From a bacterium (GTDB lineage Bacteria; SZUA-182; DTGQ01): 36,367 nt of DNA. Where the stretch lies: assembly GCA_040752695.1 (NCBI GenBank), contig JBFMGO010000054.1, positions 1 to 36,367 on the forward strand, written 5' to 3'. A model generated the notes under the pieces. The model worked only from the letters and a program-made list of their open reading frames with translations. It was not told where the DNA came from and did no database searches. The position numbers and the translations under genes were made by a program. Of this stretch, positions 17,595 to 27,291 are shown piece after piece (the first letter of the stretch is position 1; each line of letters begins with the position of its first letter).

Positions 17595-18287
17595 TCACGG
17601 TTTCTTAGCCCAGTTTACTTCGGCATCAGAAGGACGCAGGTAGGTCGGTACCAGCGTCTCTATCCTGTCAACCTGATGTAAGGCCAAACGGTGCAGCCCT
17701 AAACCCGCCACCACCGATGCCCTGGGAAAGTTATGATGCCAGGGAGAAAACTCAGCCTTTTCACCGAATTCAGCACGAATCATCTCCTCATAGAGGTGTG
17801 AGCCATTACCTACAAAAATTGTCTTGCACGACCGATCCAATCGATGAATCATAGTCTCTGGAGAAACTGCCATTTCCGGAATGAGCACTCGCAATTTTCC
17901 TTTGCTCCATTGGTATAACGCAGTATAGACCTCGCTCTTCCTTGCGTCGATCATGGGACACACTAAGCCGCAAGGAAACGGTAGATTCCAGGCCAGAGCC
18001 TCAAGGGTCGAAATTCCCAGAATAGGCCTGTTCATGGCAAAGGCCAAGGCTTTTGCCGTACTGACTCCGATCCGAAGGCCGGTAAATGACCCCGGCCCGA
18101 TTGAGACTGCCACTGCCTCACATTCTTCCAGCGATTTTCCCGCACTGAGCAGAATTTGATCAATTTCCCTCAATACCTGTTCACTGTGGCTCTTCGTATT
18201 GATTATGTACTCGGCCACAATCTCGTTCTCACTCACCAGGGCTGCGCTGCCGAGCCTGGTGGAAGTTTCTATGCCTACTATAATCAT
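17595..18287 (-). CDS. tsaB: t6A biosynthesis protein TsaB (YeaZ)
   Basis: GIETS, HSEQV, GPGSFTGLRIG, IDARKSEVY, PTYLR. Confidence 0.97.
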   Translation of the reverse strand: MIIVGIETSTRLGSAALVSENEIVAEYIINTKSHSEQVLREIDQILLSAGKSLEECEAVAVSIGPGSFTGLRIGVSTAKALAFAMNRPILGISTLEALAWNLPFPCGLVCPMIDARKSEVYTALYQWSKGKLRVLIPEMAVSPETMIHRLDRSCKTIFVGNGSHLYEEMIRAEFGEKAEFSPWHHNFPRASVVAGLGLHRLALHQVDRIETLVPTYLRPSDAEVNWAKKP

Positions 18288-18304
18288 AGCAAAATTCCTG
18301 CCTT

Positions 18305-20503
18305 TTAGACAGGGATAAGTAAAATAAATTTCGTTCCCGCAGGTTGATTATCAACGCCGGTGATACTGCCATTATGATCATCGATAATCCGGTGGACTAT
18401 GGCCAGACCCAAGCCCCGGCCCTCCCTTTTGGTGGAAAAATACGGCATGAAGAGTTTTTCTTTATCTTCCGGAGAGATTCCCTTCCCATTATCGCTGACT
18501 TCGATTCTTATTTTAGACGCGGTACAGTCATAAATACTTACTACGGATATTCTTTTTTCCCCGTGGCCGACTTCTGCCATAGCATCGATCGCATTATCGA
18601 ACAGGTTAATAAACACACGTTTTATCTGTTCACGGTCAAGATTGACCAGAGGCAGATCCTGTGAAAGGTGCTGTTCGAAGTGGACATTAAAATACATCTG
18701 CTGATACCTGGTTATAACCGTGGTAATCAGATGATTGAGGTCTTCGGGCTTCAGATTGGGCAGGGGGAGTCTGGCAAATTGGGAAAATTCGTCAATCATC
18801 GTCTTCAAATCGTTTACTTCCTGGATGATGGTTTCGGTGCATTCTTCGAAAATTGCTTTATAACCGGAATCCGCCTCATAGAATTTCTTCCTTAAACGCT
18901 GGGCGCAAAGCTGAATCGGAGTCAGGGGATTTTTGATTTCGTGGGCCAGTCTGCGGGCCACCTCCTGCCAGGCAGCCACTTTTTGGGCCTTAATGAGCTG
19001 AGTGAGATCATCGAAGGCGCAGACCATGCCAATATAATTATTTTCCTTATCGAGAAGGACCGATATATTGACCAGAAGGTGGACACTCGCACCCCCCACC
19101 TGCAGATGGGCCTCCTTTTCATAAACGGCCTTCTGCCGCTTCTCCACGCTCTGGAGCAGCACATGCAGCCCGTGAAGGCTCGGGCAGCCGAAAATGGCCT
19201 GATAAGGGGCTGCTATGGCCTCTTTTTTGGAAATGTGCAGCATCTTGCTGGCTGCGTTATTGATGGTGATGATCCGGCCATCACGCATGATGGTCAAGAC
19301 TCCGGAGGCGATATTTTCCAGAACCGTTTCGATATAGTCTCTCCTTCGGTCCAGTTCCTGGTTCGTCGTTTGCAGCCTTTGATGGACGGAATGGAGCTCA
19401 TCGGTCATTTTATTGAAGGAAGTGACCAGCATTCCGATCTCGTCATCCGCCTGAACCGTGACTTTATAATCCCAGTTTCCCAGGGCCACTTTTCGGGTGC
19501 CTTCGGCCAGCTTCTGGATGGGAATAGTGATGCCCTTGGCCAGATAAAATCCGAACCAGGTGGCAGAAAAGATAATCAAAAGGGTAATGAGCAGGAAGGT
19601 AATAATATAGCTGCTCTTGATCGGAGTTTCAAAAACCTTCCGCTGCTTGTATTCGTCATAGGAGTTTTTGATGGCATTGATTTCATCCATGATGCTGTGG
19701 GGATCAAAAATGCTGAAGACCAGGGCCCCGGCAATGGCCTCTTTTCCCCATCTGGAGGCGATGGGAACGACTCCTTCGATTAAATCCCCGCCCTGGTCCG
19801 CCTTTTGAACGATGGATGATTCCTGGCCAGAAAGAGCGCTGGCTACGAGGTCCGATACAGGATTCGTGAAATTGCTCTTTGGGATATCGGGATTATCAAG
19901 GTGAGCGATCTCCACACCCTTGGCTGTAAATACCTTGACTGCACCGAGCGCTGAATTTTGCCGCACGCTTTGAATCGCGGTCAGTAATTCATCCTGCTTT
20001 CCTTTGCCGATCAGGTCCCTCGCGGTGATGATTTCACTCATTTCACGAGCCTTGTTGAACGCTTTTCCCAGTTCCGCATCGTAATAAACCTGAGCCACCT
20101 TCATGGCCTTTCGCAGGGATTCCTCATTCTGGGCATTAAACCAGCTGTCAATACTGGTATTAATCAAATTACTGGCTACCAGAAACAGGAGCACGCAGGG
20201 GATGAGAGAGAGCCCGACGAATGAGGTGATCAATTTTGTCCGGAATTTGGACCCCAGCACATTATGCTTTCTCTCGAAGTACAGTTTCACCAGATTCCGC
20301 AGCACTAAAAGGACAAGGACCACCAGGAGGATAATGTTGAGGTTCAGGGCCACCAGGATCAGAACGTTATTGGCAATATTGATCTGTGCCCGCAGTTGAT
20401 AGATAATGGCTTCGGTAGCGGTCAGAACCATGATCAGAATGATCAGGCCAATAATGACCTTCCACCTTTGGTCCTTACCTTCGGTTTTTTCCGTTTCTTT
20501 CAT
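18305..20503 (-). CDS. NtrY-like multi-TM HAMP-PAS sensor histidine kinase
   Basis: GSKFRTKL, HAMP (DDEIGMLVTSFNKM), PAS, AWQEVARRLAHEIKNPLTPIQLCAQRL, NLFDNA, DNGKG, FSTK, GLGLAIV. Confidence 0.92.
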   Translation of the reverse strand: MKETEKTEGKDQRWKVIIGLIILIMVLTATEAIIYQLRAQINIANNVLILVALNLNIILLVVLVLLVLRNLVKLYFERKHNVLGSKFRTKLITSFVGLSLIPCVLLFLVASNLINTSIDSWFNAQNEESLRKAMKVAQVYYDAELGKAFNKAREMSEIITARDLIGKGKQDELLTAIQSVRQNSALGAVKVFTAKGVEIAHLDNPDIPKSNFTNPVSDLVASALSGQESSIVQKADQGGDLIEGVVPIASRWGKEAIAGALVFSIFDPHSIMDEINAIKNSYDEYKQRKVFETPIKSSYIITFLLITLLIIFSATWFGFYLAKGITIPIQKLAEGTRKVALGNWDYKVTVQADDEIGMLVTSFNKMTDELHSVHQRLQTTNQELDRRRDYIETVLENIASGVLTIMRDGRIITINNAASKMLHISKKEAIAAPYQAIFGCPSLHGLHVLLQSVEKRQKAVYEKEAHLQVGGASVHLLVNISVLLDKENNYIGMVCAFDDLTQLIKAQKVAAWQEVARRLAHEIKNPLTPIQLCAQRLRKKFYEADSGYKAIFEECTETIIQEVNDLKTMIDEFSQFARLPLPNLKPEDLNHLITTVITRYQQMYFNVHFEQHLSQDLPLVNLDREQIKRVFINLFDNAIDAMAEVGHGEKRISVVSIYDCTASKIRIEVSDNGKGISPEDKEKLFMPYFSTKREGRGLGLAIVHRIIDDHNGSITGVDNQPAGTKFILLIPV

Positions 20504-20540
20504 TATATTGAGGTTCCAGCCAATGTACTATGAGATGTGA

Positions 20541-21182
20541 TTAAGGTTGTCGTGCCCAGATACGCCAGCTCATCGCTGATGTATCGGAGACCGCTGCAGG
20601 GATGGGTAAAGTAATCCAGGGAGTATCGAAATCCAAAAACGAAATAAGGTAATATAAGAGATAATTCAAAGGAAACGGCATCTTAATACATTTCATTTCA
20701 GCCTTGAGCCTGATCAGATACTTCTCCTCGGATAACGACAATTCCTGAGAGGGCAGAAACCTGACCGAAACAAGGCTGGACATCCATTTTTTCATTTGCT
20801 CCTCATCCTTGGTAACTCTCACCTGAGAGGAAAAACCGTCATCCAGGATAACCTGGTATTCTTTTTTGAGGGTGTCATAGGCTACCTTATGCTGTATCAC
20901 CCGTTTGGCCGGTTTCTTGTCCATAAAGAGCGGACGGGGTATAACCAGCTCCAGGTAGTATCTGAAAGTGGTTGGAATACCGCTGGCAATAGCCTCATTG
21001 ATCCCGTCGGTAAAGGCCCCTTTCAGCTTGGCATCGATATAAACGTAATCTTTTCCCCTCGTAATGCTGAATTCCCTAATTTCCGCCCTGGCCGTCCAGC
21101 CAGCGGCCTGGGCGCCTGAGGCCGGAATCAGGTGAAAAACGATAAAAAACATCAGGAAACGCTTCACAATCCTACTTTGCAT
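20541..21182 (-). CDS. DUF4390 domain exported protein
   Basis: Signal peptide; EAIASGIPTTFRY, YDTLKKEY, FDTPW; usual position directly upstream of ntrY. Confidence 0.8.
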   Translation of the reverse strand: MQSRIVKRFLMFFIVFHLIPASGAQAAGWTARAEIREFSITRGKDYVYIDAKLKGAFTDGINEAIASGIPTTFRYYLELVIPRPLFMDKKPAKRVIQHKVAYDTLKKEYQVILDDGFSSQVRVTKDEEQMKKWMSSLVSVRFLPSQELSLSEEKYLIRLKAEMKCIKMPFPLNYLLYYLISFLDFDTPWITLPIPAAVSDTSAMSWRIWARQP

Positions 21183-21255
21183 ATGCCTTCTTCTTATTTT
21201 TTTAAGGTATGGGATCTTGGTCTCTCAAAGTGCCCCTATGTCCTTGCTGTCTGGC

Positions 21256-21807
21256 TTATTTCAGCCGGTTAACCAGCCCTGCTTCCATTTTGATGACCTC
21301 ATCAGAATCATGGGCTACCCACTGGTTCATCAGACCGCACATATCCCGGAAAAATCGCGTCTGCCTGGATACCGGGACTATCCCTGCACCCACATCATTG
21401 CTGATGAAAAGTACCCCGTCCAGATTCTGACATGACCGCGCGGCTGCCAAAAGCCCCTTGATATCTTCCATCAGCCATGCCTCAAACCGCTCCTGCTCAT
21501 CGAGCTTTTCCAGTGAGTCATGCCTTTCAAAATGATTGGCCAGATACATGGTCAGACAATCCACGATGATAAAGCCCGCGCCTTTGCCGACCTGTTGAAT
21601 CGCCTCTGTCAGGGAATAGGGCGATTCGATGACCTCCCATTCTCTTGGTCTGTCTTTTCGATGCTTTTGTATCCTTTGCTGCATCTCCTCATCCAATATC
21701 CTTGCAGTGGCCAGGTATATGACACGGGGAGAATCATTCACAAGCTGCACGGCGTAAGAGCTCTTTCCACTTCTACAACCACCAAAAATAAAAACTACTT
21801 TAGCCAT
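21256..21807 (-). CDS. cobU: Bifunctional adenosylcobinamide kinase/adenosylcobinamide-phosphate guanylyltransferase
   Basis: GGCRSGKS, YLATA, DEEMQQRIQKHRKDR, VDCLT, SNDVGAGIVP, RFFRD; start ATG 21807 (GAGGA RBS), alternative 21822. Confidence 0.94.
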   Translation of the reverse strand: MAKVVFIFGGCRSGKSSYAVQLVNDSPRVIYLATARILDEEMQQRIQKHRKDRPREWEVIESPYSLTEAIQQVGKGAGFIIVDCLTMYLANHFERHDSLEKLDEQERFEAWLMEDIKGLLAAARSCQNLDGVLFISNDVGAGIVPVSRQTRFFRDMCGLMNQWVAHDSDEVIKMEAGLVNRLK

Positions 21808-21870
21808 AAAAACATTCCTCATACGGAATTCTCAAGGTAACGCACAAATCAGGATTGAACTAAATGGTAA

Positions 21871-21899
21871 ATTCTATCAGAAAAACAAAGAGGTGTAAA
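21871..21899 (-). promoter_or_regulatory. Sigma70-type promoter for the cobU-tsaB unit
   Basis: Minus strand TTTACA-17 nt-TAGAAT with a TG extension. Confidence 0.6.
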
Positions 21900-21921
21900 T
21901 CTTTTATTTTTTAATAACCGG

Positions 21922-21950
21922 TTGACTCTGCACGATTAATTCTATACAAT
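21922..21950 (+). promoter_or_regulatory. Sigma70-type promoter for the GH57 gene
   Basis: TTGACT-17 nt-TACAAT. Confidence 0.65.
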
Positions 21951-22030
21951 ATAAGGTAAATTTATATATTTTTATAATCCGTTGACCAATTGTCTAACCT
22001 TTACCTTTCATTGAAAGTGGATCCTTAACT

Positions 22031-23662
22031 ATGAATACTGAATTTTGCGGTACCTATATCTTACTGCTTCATTCTCATATCCCGTATGTTCTCCATCATG
22101 ATCGCCTGAATGAAGAGTGGCTGTATGAGGCAACTGCGGAAACCTATATCCCTTTGCTCAACATCCTGTATCGGCTGGTCAGAGAGGGGATTTCCCCCAA
22201 GATCACTATCAATATCACGCCGGTGCTGGCAGAGCAGTTGATCAGCCCCTATTTTGTAAAAGGATTCCAGGATTACTGCCAGCAAAAGATCTTCCTCACG
22301 CAGGAGGATAAAAAAAACTTTCGTAGTAACAACGCCTATATCATGAGGCTCGCGAGCCTCTGGCATAAATTTTACTACAAAACCCTCAGGGTTTTCCAGG
22401 ATCAGTACGAGGGAAATATCGTTCAGGCCTTCAGGCACCTGCAGGACGAAGGCCACATCGAGATCATCACCTGCGGCGCCACCCATGGATATCTGCCTGC
22501 CTTCGGTGAAGATGCCAGCGTCAATGCCCAGGTCAAGATGGCGCGGCTCAGTTATGAGCGCCTTTTCGGACGGTCTCCCAAAGGCTTCTGGCTCCCCGAA
22601 TGCGGCTACCGCCCTGCCTGCACCTGGGCCTATCCTCTGACTCACCGCAGATTTAAGCCGGCTTTCGAGCGCCGGGGAGTGGAGGAATTCCTGGGGGAGA
22701 ACGGCATCGGTTACTTCATCGTCGATCAGGAGCAGTTTAAGAAAGGCTCACCCGCGCATCTTGATAAAATTCCGTGGAGTACCTATTCCCTCGGCAATCC
22801 AAGGATGTCTGCCCCTTTAACCCTCTTTGTTCGCGATAAGGATCTTTCCGAGCAAATCTGGAACTTCCAGGTCGGCTATCCGGGGGACAGAGATTACCTC
22901 GAGTTCCACAAAAAACAATGGGGAAGCGGCAATCGGTACTGGAGAATCACCGATAAGAAACTGGATATGGCCTATAAAGAGATCTACCTCCCCGAAGCTG
23001 CCAGAAATCTGATCATAAGACATGCAGGCCACTATAAATGGTCCATCAAGACAACCCTCAAGAGCCGTTTCCTGAAAACCGATCAGCCCGGCCTGAAATT
23101 CGTAGCCTTCGATGCCGAGTTATTCGGCCACTGGTGGTTTGAAGGGCCTACCTGGCTTTACCAGTTGCTGAAGTGGATTCACAGCGACCCGGAAATGAAA
23201 ATTCTCACCTGCTCCGCCTATATGGATACCTCTTTGCCCTCACACTGCGTCGAGTTGCCCGAATCTTCCTGGGGACATGGCGCAAACAGCAGCACCTGGA
23301 TCAATCCGTCACTCGAGTGGGTATGGGAGAGGATTTATGATGCGGAAAAAACCATGCGCGAACTGGCCATCCGGTTCCGGGGTCAGAAAGCTCCTCTTTT
23401 GAAAAGGGTTCTTCGCCAGTGCATCAGAGAACTGCTCATCCTGCAATCCTCGGACTGGGAATTCATGATTTCCACCAACAGCACCAAAGACCATGGGGAG
23501 AGGCGTGTCGTGGAACATCACGAAGACTTCAAGAGGCTCGTTCAACTGGCCCTGACCTTCGAGCATAACCCAAAACTCGACGCTGAAGGCATGGCCTTTT
23601 TGAAAGAATGCGAACAAAGGGAGGAAATTTTCGCTGACCCTGACCCCGCCTGGTACCTTTAA
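22031..23662 (+). CDS. GH57 1,4-alpha-glucan branching enzyme (DUF1957)
   Basis: LHSHIPYV, EATAETYIP, THGYLP, WLPECGY, FDAELFGHWWFEG, SSWG, SSDWEF. Confidence 0.93.
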   Translation: MNTEFCGTYILLLHSHIPYVLHHDRLNEEWLYEATAETYIPLLNILYRLVREGISPKITINITPVLAEQLISPYFVKGFQDYCQQKIFLTQEDKKNFRSNNAYIMRLASLWHKFYYKTLRVFQDQYEGNIVQAFRHLQDEGHIEIITCGATHGYLPAFGEDASVNAQVKMARLSYERLFGRSPKGFWLPECGYRPACTWAYPLTHRRFKPAFERRGVEEFLGENGIGYFIVDQEQFKKGSPAHLDKIPWSTYSLGNPRMSAPLTLFVRDKDLSEQIWNFQVGYPGDRDYLEFHKKQWGSGNRYWRITDKKLDMAYKEIYLPEAARNLIIRHAGHYKWSIKTTLKSRFLKTDQPGLKFVAFDAELFGHWWFEGPTWLYQLLKWIHSDPEMKILTCSAYMDTSLPSHCVELPESSWGHGANSSTWINPSLEWVWERIYDAEKTMRELAIRFRGQKAPLLKRVLRQCIRELLILQSSDWEFMISTNSTKDHGERRVVEHHEDFKRLVQLALTFEHNPKLDAEGMAFLKECEQREEIFADPDPAWYL

Positions 23663-24138
23663 GCCCGGCGGCCAAGGGCTGTCGCCCCATAAATCTTATC
23701 CTTTACCATACCCTCCCTTACCGGACTCTTTTGAAGAAAAAGTCTTAAAACCTGATTACCTGAGAAAGAGCGGGGAAAAAGTGTCCCCTCGTGGATAATG
23801 ATATCAAAGACCGTTATCTATACCGTTAATCCGTGCCATATTTTTTTAACTTACTGACTTGACAAAGAAAGGCTGAAGGACATATTATAAATAAAGAAAT
23901 GTGATACATAAATAAAATTGAGGTGACACGTAACTGCGGGAAAGCTAAGCACAACAATCTGGTTCCTCAGTATACCTGATCTTTCCAAAAGAGCGTGCCT
24001 CTTTGCTTTATCGAAATGCATCTTCGAGTTGTTTATTATTTTTTATTCTTGACTTTTGGAAAAGTTTATTAGAAAATCTAACGAGCCACGGATTAGAGCG
24101 CAAAACAATCATAGCTGAGAAAGGGGGCAACAAATAAA

Positions 24139-24432
24139 ATGGGAATGATTATGGCAGTACTGGGTGGTTTTTTAGCGGTGATCCTCGGTATTATCGGGCT
24201 CATTTTCTGGTTTAAATATTTTCTCTACCTGCTCGGGGGAAGTATCCCTTTAATTCTCATCATTGGTGGGCTCATTGCCTTATTTATCGGTATTACGGAA
24301 ATAAAAGATACGATAAAGAGTAAAGAAGAAGAGAACCGGTTCGATACTTTCCGCGAGGAACCGAAACAAGCCGAAATCTCCGAACCAAAGAAAGAGAAAC
24401 AGAAAGAGGAAGAGAAAGAAAACAACGATTGA
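24139..24432 (+). CDS. Small membrane protein with charged C-tail; resembles magnetosome protein MamI
   Basis: AAGGGGG RBS; hydrophobic hairpin G-x6-G-x2-GL-x2-W-x7-LxG-x2-P-x6-GLxAL-x2-G; own terminator at 24490-24523. The MamI resemblance is from a recalled sequence, not a search. Confidence 0.75.
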   Translation: MGMIMAVLGGFLAVILGIIGLIFWFKYFLYLLGGSIPLILIIGGLIALFIGITEIKDTIKSKEEENRFDTFREEPKQAEISEPKKEKQKEEEKENND

Positions 24433-24489
24433 CCATCGCTTCAACAGCGATTGGCCACAAGGTCAATCGATGAGCTTATGCATACAGCA

Positions 24490-24523
24490 GGAACCTTCTT
24501 ATCAAGAAGGTCCATTTTTTTTT
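24490..24523 (+). terminator. Intrinsic terminator
   Basis: ACCTTCTT-ATC-AAGAAGGT stem followed by a run of 9 T. Confidence 0.7.
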
Positions 24524-24692
24524 ATGAGAAGACTAACTATCCCGGAAAAAGTGAATTGAGGATGGTTAGTCTTTTTTTGTGTCTTTTTTTACACTTTTTT
24601 TTGTGCCTTTTTTGCGCTTGTTTGTCCTGTCTTTTTCCCTGCCGCTAAGGTGTGGAAAAGTTTCATGTTGAAACTTTTTTTTTGACCTTTTC

Positions 24693-24721
24693 TTGACAAA
24701 TTAAATCTCATCTGGTATACA
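24693..24721 (+). promoter_or_regulatory. Sigma70-type promoter abutting the exeA-like start codon
   Basis: TTGACA-17 nt-TATACA with a TG extension; the ATG lies 7 nt after the -10. Confidence 0.6.
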
Positions 24722-24728
24722 CATCTTT

Positions 24729-26543
24729 ATGGATTACACAACCCTCCTTAATTTAAAAAAGGAACCGTTTTCGATTTCTCCTGATCCGAGCTTCTTTTAT
24801 TATTCCAAGGATTATCAGGAATGTCTTCAGAAGCTTGAGATATCCATCAGGCTGCGCAGGGGACTGAACATCATTCTGGGGGATGTCGGAACCGGCAAAA
24901 CAACCTTGAGCAGGGCCTTGATTCAGTTGTTTCAGGGCTACGAAGAGTTTCGGTTTCATTTGATTCTCGATCCTTCGTTTAATTCAGAATATGAATTCCT
25001 GCTTACCCTGATCAAAATCTTCAATATTCCGATCCCGGCAGAAAAAACCTGTCTGGCATTTAAAGAAGCCATCCGGACCAACCTCTTGCGGGAGGGCCTG
25101 GAGAGAAAGCGGGTAGTCGTTCTGATCATCGACGAGACACAGAAGATGGATTATCCCTTTTTAGAGCTTCTGAGAGATTTTTTAAACTTTGAGACCAATG
25201 AATATAAGCTTCTGCAGCTCGTGCTCCTTGGGCAGATGGAGTTTTTGGAAAAGATTCAGGGAAAAAAGAATTTTATGGACAGGGTCAATATGATCTATTT
25301 CCTGAAGCCCTTGAATCAGATCGATACCCGGGAGATGATCGAGTTTCGCTTGAGAAAGGCTGGTTTTTTCTCCCGCGAGCCTCTTTTTACGAAAGAGGCC
25401 TACAAGAAAATATTCGATTACAGCCAGGGATATCCACGAAAGATTGTCAATCTCTGTCATCATTGTCTTTTGATGATGCTCATCAGAAAGCAGCAGGTCG
25501 TAGACAAGCAAATCGTTGACGTGGTTGTCAAATCCCTCTTCCCCGATACCGTCTTTCCGGAGCAGAAAAAGTCCGGCACCATGATGAGGTGGGGAAAACT
25601 GGCCGGCTCGCTGGCAGCCCTTTTCGTTCTCATTATCGTGGGAATTTTCGGGTTCCTTCACTTTGGGGGAACATCCTCCACGCGTCAGGCTGATAAAACT
25701 TCACAAAAAAGACGTCAGGCTGATAGGCGTACTCATCAGGCTGATGCGCCCAAAAAGAACATTCAGTCGCAGCCTGCGGGATCTTTGCCGCAGCCACCCG
25801 CATCACCGGCAAAAACGGACTCTGTGCCATCCGCGTCACCGGCAAAGGCGGGTCCGGAAGGTGCTCCTTCCGGGACAGTTGCGGATCCTCAATCGGTCCC
25901 GTCTGGAGCTGATCAGAAGGCTTCACTCCCCGGGCGGAAAACGGATCAGAAAGCTTTACCACAGGACCGGAGGGCTGAGCAGAAAGCTGATCAGAAAAAC
26001 GATCTTCTCTCCCCCTTATCTCCGATAAGAAAAACAGGTGAGGGATCTTCCGACAGCCAGCAATCCTCATCCGGGGAAGCTATCACCAGAGCGAGGGAAG
26101 GAGGATATGAGGTGATAGCGGGCAAAGGAGATTTCATTTCCAAGATTGCCTTAAGGCTTTATGGGCGCGAGGTTACGGACGACATTTTAGCATCGATTCA
26201 GAAGGTTAACCCCCATATCTCAAATATGGACATCATCACACCCGGCCAGAAGGTCTACTTTCCTGTTCCCGATGGCAAAAAGAGGGGGGGCAAAGGCTCT
26301 TATATTTATGGCGTGCAGGTAGAGCGCTTTTCAACGGTAGCCGAAGCCCAAGGTTGCATAAAGAAGCTATCCTCAATCGACAGCCGGGCATATATTGAGA
26401 AGGAGAATACTTCTGATCAAGGCGAAACCTACTCCGTAGTTATTGGCCCTTTTGCAAAAATAACTGGTGCCTGGGATGTCATAGATGAACTGAAGAAAAA
26501 GGACCTCAATAACTCACGGGTGATGATAATCAATCAGGATTAA
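24729..26543 (+). CDS. ExeA/GspA/MshM-family AAA ATPase with TM, LysM-like and SPOR-like domains
   Basis: EPFSISPDP, Walker A GDVGTGKT, Walker B LIIDETQ, LVLLGQ, GYPRKIVNLC; TM; KGDFISKIALRLYG...NPHISNMDIITPGQ (LysM); YGVQV...YSVVIGPF (SPOR). Confidence 0.88.
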   Translation: MDYTTLLNLKKEPFSISPDPSFFYYSKDYQECLQKLEISIRLRRGLNIILGDVGTGKTTLSRALIQLFQGYEEFRFHLILDPSFNSEYEFLLTLIKIFNIPIPAEKTCLAFKEAIRTNLLREGLERKRVVVLIIDETQKMDYPFLELLRDFLNFETNEYKLLQLVLLGQMEFLEKIQGKKNFMDRVNMIYFLKPLNQIDTREMIEFRLRKAGFFSREPLFTKEAYKKIFDYSQGYPRKIVNLCHHCLLMMLIRKQQVVDKQIVDVVVKSLFPDTVFPEQKKSGTMMRWGKLAGSLAALFVLIIVGIFGFLHFGGTSSTRQADKTSQKRRQADRRTHQADAPKKNIQSQPAGSLPQPPASPAKTDSVPSASPAKAGPEGAPSGTVADPQSVPSGADQKASLPGRKTDQKALPQDRRAEQKADQKNDLLSPLSPIRKTGEGSSDSQQSSSGEAITRAREGGYEVIAGKGDFISKIALRLYGREVTDDILASIQKVNPHISNMDIITPGQKVYFPVPDGKKRGGKGSYIYGVQVERFSTVAEAQGCIKKLSSIDSRAYIEKENTSDQGETYSVVIGPFAKITGAWDVIDELKKKDLNNSRVMIINQD

Positions 26544-26545
26544 AG

Positions 26546-27196
26546 ATGAGGAAAGAGGAAAACCTTGCAGCCACGAGCCAGTTACTTCGGTTCATTCGCG
26601 GAGGAATCACGTGTGAAGAGTTTTATACCCGGCATCCTGACATGCAGCCACAGCAAAAATCAGGGATGGCATGGTTTGTTTTTCCTCTCCTGGCAGGGCT
26701 TGCCCTTATCCTGATCGGTTATCTGATTGTATCCTGGCAGTTAAAGGCCGATCAATCACAATTGGCACAACTGGATATGGTTTACCGGGATCTGGAATCC
26801 GTAAAAAACCTTTCACCACAAGACATCGAGGCAAGGCAGGCGTTTTGGCATAAACAAGAGGCACTCTATCAGGATCTTATTGGTGAAAAACTATCCATGA
26901 GCTGCATTTTTAAAGAATTGAGCCATTTATGTCCTCCGGGTATCTTTTTCAGGAGGATTTCTCTGAAGGAAGCACCACCCAAGCAGCAGGATAAAAAGTA
27001 CCTGCTGGAAAGATATCTGATCCTCGAAGGCAGGGCAATCAGGATAGATGCTTCCGAAAATGGCGATTTTCCCACATTTTTGACCCGGCTCAATCAATCC
27101 TCCTTTTTTCAAAAGGTGCATGTTGATTCTCAGACCGAAAATGATACTGATCGTGATCACGGGCTTGATTTTATTCTCACCTGTGATTTGAAATAG
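26546..27196 (+). CDS. PilN-like alignment protein
   Basis: Single TM, coiled coil, ELSHLCPPGIFFRRISL, LEGRA, FLTRLNQSSFF, FILTC. Confidence 0.75.
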   Translation: MRKEENLAATSQLLRFIRGGITCEEFYTRHPDMQPQQKSGMAWFVFPLLAGLALILIGYLIVSWQLKADQSQLAQLDMVYRDLESVKNLSPQDIEARQAFWHKQEALYQDLIGEKLSMSCIFKELSHLCPPGIFFRRISLKEAPPKQQDKKYLLERYLILEGRAIRIDASENGDFPTFLTRLNQSSFFQKVHVDSQTENDTDRDHGLDFILTCDLK

Positions 27197-27291
27197 ATGC
27201 GGATACGATAAGTCACAGCCAGTTTCCTCACAAAAATTTTTCCCACGAAGATTAGCACAAAAATTAGCTCGAAGACTAACAGGACCGGAAT

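Noticed and set aside
17568..23768. Shared 12-mer TTACCTGAGAAA at about 17568-17579 (minus) and 23756-23767 (plus) as a regulator site
   Set aside because: Two non-palindromic copies only; not enough to separate from chance.
24451..24666. Small ORFs over the T-tract region (65 aa on +, 25 aa Lys-rich on -)
   Set aside because: No RBS; the + ORF crosses a terminator; composition is explained by homopolymer tracts.
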